Assembly: GCA_043228905.1 (NCBI GenBank)
Contig: JBHGNT010000001.1
Location: forward strand, 22,382,001 to 22,446,000
Direction of reading: 5' to 3'
Source of the DNA: Azolla caroliniana
Lineage: Eukaryota; Plantae; Polypodiophyta
DNA length: 64,000 bases
The position numbers and the translations under genes were made by a program. Of this stretch, positions 1 through 11,758 are shown in pieces (the first letter of the stretch is position 1; each line of letters opens with the position of its first letter). The notes beneath the pieces were generated by a model. The model ran no database searches. It had not been told where the DNA came from and was given only the letters and a program-made list of their open reading frames with translations.

Positions 1-188
1 TAAATAGATGCTTAACATCTCGACTATAGGTAGTAACTCCTAAAGAAACCTAGTCTAGAACACTTTAAAATGTTTGAATGCCTTGCTTATGTTCGTGTAC
101 CTGCTAAAGTAAGAAATAAGCTTGATCCAAAAGCTGAAAATTGTGTTTTTGTGGGATATTCAGAGGAGCAAAAAGGGTATAGATGTTA

Positions 189-488
189 TGTTGAGCGGCA
201 AGCTCAACCGGACCCGGATCGGCTGAATAAGCCTGAGCCGGTAAGCAGTATGGACCGGTAAGCGAGAGGAGCCGATATGCCGGATCCAATCCGTAACCGG
301 AAGCCTAGTATAGGTTAGACTACTAGGCAGTTATAGTCTCGTAGTTAGTGTCAGATGCTCGTGTGAGCATTGAAGTACACCATACTTCTAACAGTCCCGT
401 GTGGACTTGTATAAATAGCGTTGATGAGCGCGTTGTAGATATAGAGCACAGAGTATTCATATAATTTTGAGAAATAGTGTGTTTTGCT

Positions 489-519
<31 letters not shown>

Positions 520-584
520 CCGCGTACTCTCTCTCTCTCTCTGTGTATTGTTCTTTCTAACGCTTCCGCAAGCAATCTTTCACA
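189..584 (+). repeat. 5' LTR of Copia element 1
   Basis: TGTTGAGCGG...CTTTCACA, direct repeat of 6437-6871; TATA-like TATAAATA near 410 and (CT)n tracts. Confidence 0.95.
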
Positions 585-596
585 TGGTATCAGAGC
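585..596 (+). other. Primer binding site (initiator tRNA-Met)
   Basis: TGGTATCAGAGC immediately after the 5' LTR. Confidence 0.95.
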
Positions 597-679
597 ACGT
601 GGGTTGAGAACCTCTGCTGCAAACATCTACGCTTATGAAGGAAACCCTAACAGATCGGAAAACAGACACAAAAGGAGAA

Positions 680-3600
680 ATGGACAGAGGTATGGCTACG
701 TCACTCCCGGTGGAGAAGCTCGACAGAACAAACTACGCATCTTGGTCATACAAGATGCACCAGTACATGCTTGGGCATGGCTACTGGAGTTATGTCGACG
801 GTGTCGTAGTGTAATTCGTACACTACGTGAGAAATTACATTTTTGGTCTCTCTGGATAGGACATGGAGTACCCGGTGAGAACCGGAAGAAGGAACCGGTA
901 AGGACCGAAACCGGCAAGGAGACTCGACAAGAGCTGGATGAAGAAGGTGGGTGAGAGTTGGTGAGAAACGGACGAAGAGATCGGTAAGGAGGTCCCTGTA
1001 AGAACCGGACAAAGAAAACTATCAAGCACCGGATGAAGCAGAACCAGAAAGAGCCGGATGAAGAAGGTTGGTGAGAGTCTCACCGGATGAAGAGACGTAT
1101 TTGTAAATAGAAGAAAGTATAAAAATATATATATTACATGTATAGGGCAAGATTCGAACCTTGCACCTCCATGTTAATAATGTTAAGCCTTATCATTATA
1201 GTAGGGTATTATGAATTTTAAAGTTATACTAAACTTTATTCCATGTAAAATTTCTAGACATGCATGGTACAAAAGTTATTCATGCATAGACACTCGAGTT
1301 AAAAAGAAAAGATGAGATAGAAAGCTAATCATGCACATGCAGTTTGCATGAAAACTAAAGATAGAAAAAGCATAATGCTTGCATGTGATAAACTTAGACT
1401 CTTCCAACACTATATAAGGAAGAGAGAAAGATCTATAGAGGTTGTTGATTATTTTACAAGGGTTGATTAATATAATATAATCGTGGGATTCACGAATTTG
1501 CTAACTATTTTTCTCTCTTAATTTGATTACTCACTAATAAACTATACTCGTGGGATTCACGAGTTTTTCATATCTTTCTTTCTTACAATATATTTCATAT
1601 TCTTAATTGCCTTAGAATTTTCTTTCCTCCTAGTCCAAAACCCCAGCGGTTCCCACCCGGCTCACGCAACGATCCGAAGCCGTAAGGCACGACAACGGAG
1701 TGAACGACTCAGCACCGGAGACGACACACAAGGACTTCCCAGTGTGGGAATAGGTGGCAAGCAGGTTGATGTGCTACTTTGCGTCCAGTGTCGGTGACCA
1801 GCTGCTCAGCCATTTCCGTCATGCCAAGACACCGAAGGATGCTTGGGGAAACCTGAAAAAAGTCTTCGCCGCAAGCACCACTGCCCGGAAGCTGCAACTC
1901 AAACAAGAGTTGAGCAATGTTCGACAGAAGAACATGTTGGTGGTAGATTACACAGACCGGATCAAAGGGATCTGTGACTCGCTTGCCTCTATTAACGTCA
2001 CCGTAGAGGAAGACGAGATCGTGCAGGTCTGTCTTGGAGGCCTGGCGTCCAAGTTCGGAGCTTTTCGGACTGTGGTTTGTACAAGGGAGAATACACCCTC
2101 ATTTTTCGACTTACAGTCGATGCTCCTTGTAGAGGAGAACCACGCCAGTGCATCTACCATTGCATCCCCAGACAGCCGGATGTTGTACACGAGAGCGGAT
2201 CGGTCCCGCGGGCGTGGTGGACGAGGCTGGTCGGCACGCAATGGAGGCGGCCGGCAAGAGCAGGAACGAAGGCACAATGAGCGTGCCAACAGCAGTTCCG
2301 GGACTTCCACAAGTAGAGGGAGTCAAGGTGGTGCCGGAGGCCGGCAAGACAAATCCGCTACGGAATGCTGGTACTGTGGCAAAAAGGGCCACAGGGAAAG
2401 CGAGTGCTGGAGAAAGCGTGCCGATTCAAAGAAATCCGGATCCAGCAAGACCGGTAAGGAAGGTCGGCAAAGCTCGCACTACGCAAACGGATCGGGAGGA
2501 TCCAAGAACGGTAAGGGCCCAACCTTGGTGATGAAGCACAAAGTAAACTCAATGAAGAAGACCACTTCCAAATCGGAGGAAGTGTGGTACGTTGACTCCG
2601 GCGCATCGAACCACATGACGAGCCACGGGGAGTGGTTCTCATTTTTGGAGAAGCCGGATCAACCGGGAGTTGTCGAAACCGGAGACGACACTCCCCACCA
2701 GATCGTGCACGTCGGAGAAGTCCCTTTGAGCCATGTCGGACAGAGGGGGAAGCTAATGAATGTATTACATGTTCTGACGATCACGAAGAACCTGGTGTCG
2801 GTCGGACAAATCGTCGACCAGGGGATGCAGGTGCGGTTTACGCACCTCGGGTGCTTCATTGAGGATGAGGGCGAAGTTATTGTGCAAGGACGCAGAGATG
2901 GGAGGATGTTTATCCTCAACACCAATGATGTCGGCACTGCACTGTTTGCCAAAGGACACAAGGTCAAGTCGGATATCGACCTGTGGCACAAGCGGATCGG
3001 CCATGTCAACTATCGGAGGCTTCAAGACCTGCAAACGGAACAAGTTTAGCGGCCGGAGAGCCCAGATTTGTGAAGCCTGCCAACTCGGGAAGCAACACCA
3101 GCTTCCATTCCCCACCGAAAGAAATCGAAGCCATAACAAGCTCGATCTTATCCATTCAGATGTGTGGGGACCGGCACAAAATGTTAGCATTGGCGGGAGT
3201 CGATATTTCATCTCCTTCATCGATGACTACAAGCGGCATACGTGGATCTACGTCATTGAGCGGAAGAGCGAAGTCTTCGAGTGTTTTCGGAGCCTCTAGA
3301 AGATGGTGGAACAGGAATCGGAGAGGAAGATCAAATGCCTACTGTCGGATGGCGGAAAAGAGTACTTTTCTGGCCAATTCAACAGCTATCTGCAACAAAA
3401 AGGAATTCGGCGAGAATTCAGCTGTAGATACACACCGCAACAAAACGGTGTGGCCGAAAGGAAGAATCGGTCGCTGATTGACGCGGCTAGGGCAATGCTG
3501 GAGCAAAAGAGCATGCCCAAGTTCTATTGGGCGAAGGCGGTCCAAATGGCCGTTTACATCCAAAACCGGATCGGGGACAAGTTGTCAGCTGACGAGCTGT

Positions 3601-6376
3601 ATTTTGGGCGCAAGCCGAATTTGAGACACCTCTGGATATTTGGCAGCATAGCCTATGTACATGTGCCGGATGAGAAGCGGAGGAAGTTGGATGCAAAATC
3701 AGAAAAATGCATCCAAGTCGGCTATGCACAAGAGCAAAAGGGGTATAAGTGTTATAACCCCCGGACGAAGCAAGTCCGAGTCAGCCGAGATGTCGAGTTT
3801 GATGAATCGGCATCGTGGTATTCCTTACCAACTCCGACTTCCGATCCCGACCCGATGTCGGAAGATGGGGCTAGTGAGCCTGAACCGGCCCAGGTAGAGG
3901 AAGATGAAGCCGGGACTCAAGATGAGAGGCCGGAATCATTCCGGTTAAGTGGACCGAATGAGAGACTGGATCAGTCCAACCAATCAGATGATGAGACGGC
4001 GAGTAGTGGAGACTCTGTCGTGCTCTCACCGCGCAAGGAACCGAGGAGACGGTTCACACGCAAAGAGAAAGGGAAGCAGAAGATGTCGGAATTCGAGACT
4101 GGCAATGATGAGTCGGATCGGTGCGTATCTGACTTCGGCAAGGACATAGGCAGATCTTCAGGAACGAAGACCGAACCGGCCAAGAAGGGTATCATACCGG
4201 GTAACGGTGAGTTACGCCGGTCCACCCGCCAGAAGGATCTCGTTAAACGGTACGGGTATAACGAGTACATGGTGCATCATTATGCATACATGACCAAGGT
4301 CGCGGAAGTGCGTGAGCCGGACAGCTACGTAGAAGCGGCAAAGAAATGCGGGCATTGGATGCCAACGGAACTTGGGACCTGGTTGACCCTCCCCGTCACT
4401 GTAAACCGATCGGATGCAAGTGGGTGTACAAGGTAAAGTACAATGCCGACGGTACAGTTAACTGGTACAAGGCCCGGTTAGTGGCGAAGGGATATGCGTA
4501 GACCCACGGAATAGACTACGACGAGACCTTCGCCCCTGTAGCGAAGATGACGACAGTTCGTGTGGTACTGGCAGTTGCTGCAGCAAGGGGGTGACATCTT
4601 CATCAGATGGATGTGAAGAATGCCTTCCTTCAAGGAGATCTTGAAGAAGAAGTCTTTATGACTCAGCCCCTCGAATTTCAGTCGAAGGTGAACAAGTCGG
4701 TGGTATGCCGGCTGAGGAAGTCATTGTACGGCTTGAAGCAAGCCCCCTGTGCTTGGAATGCTAAGATCACGCACCGGTTGCGAAAGATGGGGTTTGTTGC
4801 CTCTAAGTTGGACTCTTCCCTGTTCATCCATCAAGGCTCAAACGGTCAGATATGTATCTTACTCTATGTTGATGATTTAGTGATCACCGGCCCAGGTTTT
4901 CCGGAATTCAACCGCGTCAAGTCCCAGTTGTCGGACGCATTCGATATGACGGACTTGGGGGACCTTCATTATTTTTTGGGGATCGAGGTGATCCACACCC
5001 CCGAAGGCATATTGCTTTCTCAACGCCATTATGTGTTGAATATGCTGTACAAGTTCAGCATGACGGAATGCCGACCTGTCTCCACACCCCTGGACCGGAA
5101 TCAGAAGATCCGTCCCAACTCCGGACCAGCCTGCGATGAGAAATGGTTCCGACAAATAGTCGGAAGCCTGATCTACTTAACTATCACCCGACCCGACATT
5201 AGCTATCCGGTTGAAGTGGTAAGCCAATTCATGCAGAAGCTGACCGTGGAGCACCTTCAGTGCGCGCAACGAATATTGAGGTATGTAAGTGTCACTAAGG
5301 ACCGAGGGCTCTTATACCGGCAAGGTAAAACCGAAGAGCTTGTCGGCTACACGGAGGCCGATTGGGCTGGCAATGCAACGGATCGTCGCTCAACTTCCGG
5401 CTTTATGTTTTCTCTTGGGAGCGTGGCTGTTGCGTGGAGTAGCAAAAAGCAGCCAACAGTGGCTCTATCCAGCACTGAGGGTGAATACCGAGGCGCGACC
5501 ATTGCCACCTGCAAAGCCATTTGGCTTCGGCGACTACTACCAGACCTGCAGATCGAGGTACCGACCCCAATCCTGATCTACTGCGATAACCTCAGCAGCA
5601 TGCAGCTCGCCAAGAACCCTGTGTTCCATGCTCGCACAAAGCACATAGAAGTGCATTATCACTTCGTGCGTGAGCGGGTCCTGAGCGGTGAAGTTGAACT
5701 ACGGTATGTTCACACAGATTGGCAAGTTGCCGACATCTTCACCAAGCTGCTTGGGTCGGACAAGTTGCAGCACTTTACCGAAATGCTTGGTGTTCAGCAT
5801 CTCGACGTGCTGCACTTGAGGGGGAGACGCAAGGGCAAAGACACTACCGAAATGGGCAAAGGGAAAAAAATTGTTGAACCCGTAGGTAAGAGAAGAACCG
5901 GTAGAGGTGGAGACAAGAAGAAAAATGAAGTCGAGTCGACGAAGGAAGTCGGCACATTCGAACAGATCGGAGTGAGCGGCTGTGAAGAAGCCAAGGGAAG
6001 CATGGAGAAGGCCAAGACCCGGACGTGGTCCAATGTGGTGAGAGGCCTGAAGCCGAAAATTGAATCGGAGGATACTGATTTGGACAAGAGCTTGAACGAG
6101 TCGGAGATAGCCGATTCGGATCAACAGACGGATCTGGATGAGTCGGATCAACGAGAGGCCAAGGAGACACGGATGCAGCGGAAGTCGATGCCATCACGGA
6201 GGAACCGACGGATCGGCAAGCGTCGGAGTCATAGCAACGAAGGAGTTGAGAGGGGCCTATTAAGCAGACATGCCGGAGGTCGAGGCGCGCAGAACCAAAG
6301 GGGTCGCGGCAAACGGGACGAAACCGGACAAGGAGCGCGAGCAAGGCAAAGCGACGCCAGGAGAAGTCGGTTGTAA
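680..6376 (+). pseudogene. Disrupted Copia gag-pol polyprotein of element 1
   Basis: ATG 680 MDRGMATSLPVEKLDRTNYASWSYKM, interrupted by the insert at 802-1694. Zinc knuckle CWYCGKKGHRESEC; protease WYVDSGASNHM; IN LIHSDVWGPA and PQQNGVAERKNR; RT LLYVDDLVI; RH TKHIEVHYHF. Several stops and frameshifts. Confidence 0.93.
802..1694. mobile_element. 893-bp non-coding insertion with TGTCGT...ACGACA termini and 4-bp TSD ACGG (Ginger/GingerRoot-like non-autonomous element, or an atypical solo LTR)
   Basis: ACGG at 798-801 and 1695-1698. Removing the insert plus one TSD restores the gag frame YVDGVNDSAPETTHKDF. Terminal inverted repeat of 6 bp. Confidence 0.85.
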
Positions 6377-6436
6377 GAACCGGCTGCCACAGAGGTTGAC
6401 ACTATGACCCTACCTCAGGTTGAGCTTGAGGGGGAG

Positions 6437-6871
6437 TGTTGAGCGGCAAGCTCAACCGGAGCCGGATCGGCTGAATAAGCCTGAGCTGATAAGCGAGAGG
6501 AATCGGTATGCCGGTGAGCAACCGAGCCGGTAAGCAGTATGGACCGGTAAGCGAGAGGAGCCGGTATGCCGGATCCAATCCGTAACCGGAAGCCTAGTAT
6601 AGGTTAGACTACTAGGCAGTTATAGTCTCGTAGTTAGTGTCAGATGCTCGTGTGAGCATTGAAGTACACCGTACTTCTAACAGTCCCGTGTGGACTTGTA
6701 TAAATAGCGTTGATGAGCGCGTTGTAGATACAGAGCACAGAGTATTCATATAATTTTGAGAAATAGTGTGTTTTGCTCTCTCTCTCTCTCTCTTTGTCTC
6801 TCCCGTGTACTCTCTCTCTCTCTCTCTCTCTGTATTGTTCTTTCTAACGCTTCCGCAAGCAATCTTTCACA
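6437..6871 (+). repeat. 3' LTR of Copia element 1
   Basis: Direct repeat of 189-584 with an extra ~41 bp and microsatellite length differences. Confidence 0.95.
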
Positions 6872-9208
6872 TGTTATAAACCTTTGACAAAAATGATTGC
6901 AGTAAGCCATGATATAATATTTGATGAGTTGGGTAGTTGGTACAATCCAAAACAGGATGCAGAAATTGATGAAGACAACAACAAATCTGAAAATGAAAGT
7001 GATTGTTATGGACATGGAAATAAGGTTGGACAATAAAGTCCAACATCAATAGCATGTACTGGACCATAGGAAACTCTGGTAGTAAATCTAAATCAAATGC
7101 TTGGAGTGGAAAAAATGTAAGACATAAAAAGTGTGATGATAAAAAGGGAAAACAGAAGATGCCAGAATATGAAACGTTTGATGAGGATCTAGAAACATGG
7201 AAGATGTAGATTCATATGTATCATTGGATGATGAGTTGGGTACACAAGCCTTGAAAATCCCAATTGAAAGAGCAATGAAAGACAGAAACTAAGAAGATCA
7301 GATCGAGAGAAAAAACTCTGTTGCAAGATATGGTTATGATGCATACATGGCTATGCATTATGCATATATGTCTAAAGTGGTGCAAATCCTTGATCCAAAT
7401 AGTTTTGAAGAAGAAAAAGTAGAGAAGAAATGGGGGAATGCAATGCATTGGCTAAAAACAAAAAACGGGATTTGGTAAAGTTGCCAAAAGGAAAAAATGT
7501 TGTAGATTGCAAATGGGTCTACAAAACAAAGCATGATTCAAATGGGAATGTTGCAAAGGGATACGCCCAAATGCAAGAAATTGATTACGATGAGACATTT
7601 GCACCAATTGCAAAAATGGCGACCTTAAGGACACTACTTGCTGTAAGTGTAGCCAAAAGATGGGTTTTGCACCATATGGATGTAAAAAACATCTTTTTAC
7701 ATGGTAACTTAGAAAAGGAAGTATACATATGTCAAGCACCAGGATTTGAAGATAAGAAGCATCCGGAATATGTTTGTAAGCTTAAAAAGGCTCTCTATTG
7801 ACTGAAACAAGCACCGAGTGCATGACACAAGGAACTTTCAGAAACTTTGAAAAAATGTGAAAGGTTGATCCATCATTGTATTTAAAGAACATGAATGACT
7901 GCGTTGTTGTGATTTTGATTTATGTTGATGATTTAATCATCGGAGGTGACTCTATGGCTAAAATAAGCAAGTTGAAGAAAAATCTGGAAATGCAATTTTA
8001 TATGAAGGATTTGGGAGAGCTGAAATACTTTCTTGGTATTGAGATAATTAGATTTAAAAGTGGAATATATATGTTGCAAAAATAGTATGTAACAACTGTG
8101 TTGAAGAAGTATGGAAGGCTTGGATGCAAACCTATTGATGTACCATTGGATAAGAACTACAAATTGAGGGCTGATTTGGGAGCAAAAATTGCAGATGTGA
8201 ACATGTAGAGGTCTATGGTGGGAAACCTCATATACTTTGACCATAACAAGACCTGATTTAAGTTATGTAGTTGGATTAGTTAGCCAGTTTATGCAACATC
8301 CAACAAAGCCACATTTGGATTGCATTAGAAGAATTTTGAGGTATGTAAAAGCTATTCAAAACTATGGATTGTTTGACAGGGCTAATTTGGACATAAAGTT
8401 GGAAGGATATACATATGTTGATTGGGCTAGAAGCCAAACTGATCGAAGATCCACGACTGGATATATGTTTACGTTGGGAACTGCAGTTATTTCAAGGAGT
8501 AGCAAGAAACAAGCTATTGTTGCATTATCAAGTAAAGTTGAATATAGAGGACCTATGGATTAGAATATTGCTAGCTGATTTGAGAGAGTATATAGATGGT
8601 CCAATCACAATTTGGTGTGACAATATGAGAAGTATTGAGCTCACAAAAAACTTAGTGTTCCATGCAAGAACAAAACACATTGAAGTGCATTATCATTTTG
8701 TCAGAGAAAAAGTGATTGATGGAGAAGTGGATCTATTGTATGTGAGTACAAATCAACAACTCGCAAACATTCTTACAAAGGGACTAAGCATAGAAAAACA
8801 TGCACAGTTTACGGACATGATGGGAGTTATAAGCATTGTAATGATATTTGGAAAGCATGAAGAAAAGAAGATTGAAGATGATCTCAAGAGTGGATAAGTT
8901 GAGCTTCAGAGGGAGTGTTAAGAAACAAGCTCAACAAAAGCAATGTGATGCTTATTGGTAATTGAGATCTTCCGTAGTAGCTATTAGGAAATTAGCTACT
9001 ATTAGACATATAGGTAAAGCAACTATTTAGCTATTCGAAGCTATTTAGCTACTCACAACTAATTAGCTGAGTATGTAAGTCACTAATATACTTAGGTAAA
9101 AAGTGAGAGTGAGTAGAGAAGTAAATAGACAGACGAGAGAGTTTTTCTGTGTAATGAAACTAAAGGTTTTTGGGCTGCTACAAAGATGAGACTCCTTTGA
9201 TAGGGCTT

Positions 9209-9717
9209 TACGCGGAATAATCTCCAGTCACGACCGAAGCGTAGATCACTTGATCACAATCGAACATAGAAGAAATGGGAATAGAGGTAAGTACCCGAAC
9301 AGAAAAGAGAATACACAGGATGTTAACGTGGAAAACCTTGAGAGGGAAAAAACCACGGGAGTCCATAGACTCCTAACTATCACTATGCCAACAATTACAA
9401 TAGGGAGCACAGAGACAACGACCTCCTGCTCACGATCTTTGCCTAGCGGCGGTTACAACAGAGACATACTCTGTATCGCTCTCTTTGTCTCTCTCTCTGT
9501 ACAGTCGTTACACGAAAAATTACGCGCACACACAGAGTTTGCCCTAGGTCATATTTATACTAATATGACTTTCGGCTATTTACAAAATATAACCCCAATG
9601 GGCTCTCTGGAACATATTTACATATATGTCCCTTCATCCGGTGAGAGGTTCTCACCGGGCCTGCAACATCCGGTTCTCACCGGGTCTTCATTACCGGGTA
9701 CTCCACATCCGGTAACA
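9209..9717 (-). repeat. Solo or truncated LTR of Copia family B
   Basis: Family boxes GTGGAAAACC...AAAAACCACGGGAG and GCCCTAGGTCATATTTATACTAATATGAC, plus a CCGG-rich U3. No TSD seen; ends approximate. Confidence 0.75.
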
Positions 9718-9719
9718 TT

Positions 9720-10562
9720 GTTCTTTTGTATGACCCTTCTTTTTGCAAAATATGCAAAAAGGATGTTGTCGCTTACAATCACGATCCATGAAGTCGTTGG
9801 GTGTCTTGCGTTTCCCAGTGAATTGCGACTACTTAGTCTTGGGCACTTCGTTGGGTTTGTTGTGGTCCTTCTTCGAAGTGCGTTGATAGCGAAGAACTAT
9901 TTCAACGGCCTCTTTGAAGGATTTTGGATCCTTATCGTGCACTATCTAGTGATAGTCCGAATTGGGGATGCAATTGACAAAACAAGCTATTAACCAATTG
10001 TCCCCTTCAAGACCCGACTTTTGGATTTGGGTTCTAGCATGGTGAACATAGTCTTCTAGTGAGGAAAACTTCCTGCTAGAGAGGTTCATTAAAGCTTTTG
10101 CTACCTTGGTTCGAGAGGGAGGTTGTAGAAATTGGCCCTTGAAAACTGTGACAAAATTTGTCCAGGTATCAAGAAATTTCCCCAAAGTACGGAGCCCACG
10201 CCACCAAGCAATGGCCTTACCACCAGGCAGGCGTGGGATAGAGCTCAAAATGAGACTCACATCGGCCCAGCCACGTGCAGATTGCTTCTTCGGTTCTTTC
10301 CTTTTTTTTCTCCCGTAAATGGCTTAACGACAAACGATGGTTCACCCTGTCGCTCATCAGGTCTATTAGTCTCACGTTGTAAACTAATGACACATGCCTC
10401 GAGAGCACTTTGAGATTGCCGAAGTTCGGTCATCTGTTGAGTGATGAAACTAAGGTATTGGGTTATTTGCGAAAAATACATCTCAATGGACATTTGTCCA
10501 GGAGGATTTCCTTGAGTTCCTTCCGCTTGAGCGAATGACATCGGGTTGTTATTTTGAGCCAT
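9720..10562 (-). pseudogene. Degenerate Ty3/Gypsy gag fragment
   Basis: GKAIAWWRGL...DTWTNFVTVFKGQFL, a retrotransposon gag motif, across frameshifted ORFs 10257-10652 and 9946-10260. Confidence 0.6.
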
Positions 10563-11004
10563 TGAATGGTTATTTCTGGCAAAGAAATAGGATAACGTCA
10601 GACAAATAGTCATAACATCATGTCGTGATGTAAACATATCATGGGCAAACATTAATCGATATCATGATCTCACGTCAATACCCCTCTAGACGTATGAGAT
10701 GAGGTTCAAGATCAGGTTACTATGGTAACACAAAGGTGTTTTAAAAACTATGGGGGTGACAAATTAATGTCTTTACATGATCTCTATATCGTTTTATTCA
10801 TGGCGGCTCCCTGAGGCTGAACCATGTATGTTCGCGTCATGAGTAGTTTATACACAAATTTTTTTTTAACAATTAACTATGTTTTTGTGCCCACATATGT
10901 GGTTTCAGCTCTTTAAGTCCTATTACGAGGACCCCGAAGTTTACTTAGACCTCAAGTCTAAACATTTGTTATAGTGATATATATCAACGATGTTGTATGG
11001 TCTT

Positions 11005-11062
11005 GGTCATATTTGAACTCGAGACCTCGAGAACAAATGCATTAAACACTTGAGCTAACCAA
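11005..11062 (-). other. Degenerate tRNA-derived (SINE-like) head
   Basis: Minus strand reads TAGCTCAAGTGT (A-box-like) ... GAGGTCTCGAGTTCAAAT (B-box-like). No complete cloverleaf. Confidence 0.35.
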
Positions 11063-11758
11063 TTAGGTTGCCCTTTTTGAATGTTTAATGTTTCATGTGT
11101 ATAAGAGATATGCAAGGCATTTGCCCATATATGTTTTTTTAAAAGAAACATATATGTCAAGAGTCCTTATTTCCCCCTCATTTACTACAAAATATGTTGG
11201 TACGTTACTTAACCTCAAGTCTCGTAATTACGATGGCATACACCAAAGTGCAACCTAATGGTCAAGCCAAATGAGCCCTCTTTTCATAGTAGGCCCACGT
11301 GGCCCATCACATGGTTACGTCATTACGAATGCCTCTCGTAAGAATGATCTCATGGTGGCATCATATCCATGTAACGAGGGAGGGATGTTGGATATGTGTG
11401 TCATAGGGGCGACCTCACATGAAGTGGGTCAAACCCTACGTGCTCAACATCATTGTGGCTATAGGGATTTCTTTACGTAATAAAATCGAAGTCACCAACG
11501 GGAATGTCAACAATAAAAAATTGTTGAAAAAAGGGATGGTGACAACGCCATTGTCACAAAAATGTGAGGATGGCCACCAAGATCCTTTCCCCGAAAAGGA
11601 AAACATTTGATATAAAGATCACGTAATATCAAATATACACATATGTTTATTTATCACATATATACATTCAAATACGTATACATGTGACCACATATGCGTA
11701 TATTAAAAAAAATCGCAACATCAAATAGCCAACATATGATGAAATCGAGACACGTAAT

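Larger units (their letters stand above)
189..6871 (+). mobile_element. Full-length Ty1/Copia LTR retrotransposon (element 1), TSD TGTTA
   Basis: Near-identical TG...CA LTRs 189-584 and 6437-6871; TGTTA at 184-188 and 6872-6876; PBS TGGTATCAGAGC 585-596; PPT GAGGGGGAG 6428-6436; gag-PR-IN-RT-RH order. Confidence 0.97.
1..9180 (+). mobile_element. Old degenerate Ty1/Copia retrotransposon (3' part: integrase C-term, RT, RNase H, 3' LTR from 8916), split by the element at 189-6871
   Basis: AYVRVPAKVRNKLDPKAENCVFVGYSEEQKGYRCY (1-188) resumes as YKPLTKMIAVSHDIIFDE after 6876. RT fragments include DYDETFAPIAKMAT and LIYVDDLIIGGD; RNase H HARTKHIEVHYHFVREKV. PPT AGAGGGAG is followed by TGTTAAG at 8916. 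Many stops and frameshifts; right end approximate. Confidence 0.85.

Noticed and set aside
484-954. 156-aa ORF with a hydrophobic LSLSLS start
   Set aside because: It derives from the (CT)n in the LTR and crosses an insertion junction; the real gag is in another frame from 680.
1141-1200. Functional tRNA gene
   Set aside because: Only a T-arm/B-box is recognisable; there is no acceptor or anticodon stem.
8975-9070. TAGCTA-rich motifs in the old Copia LTR as a link to the Sola2 arrays
   Set aside because: Only short degenerate matches in AT-rich DNA; too weak to claim common origin.
9250-9993. 247-aa ORF
   Set aside because: It spans an antisense LTR and a gag remnant and shows no protein-family features.
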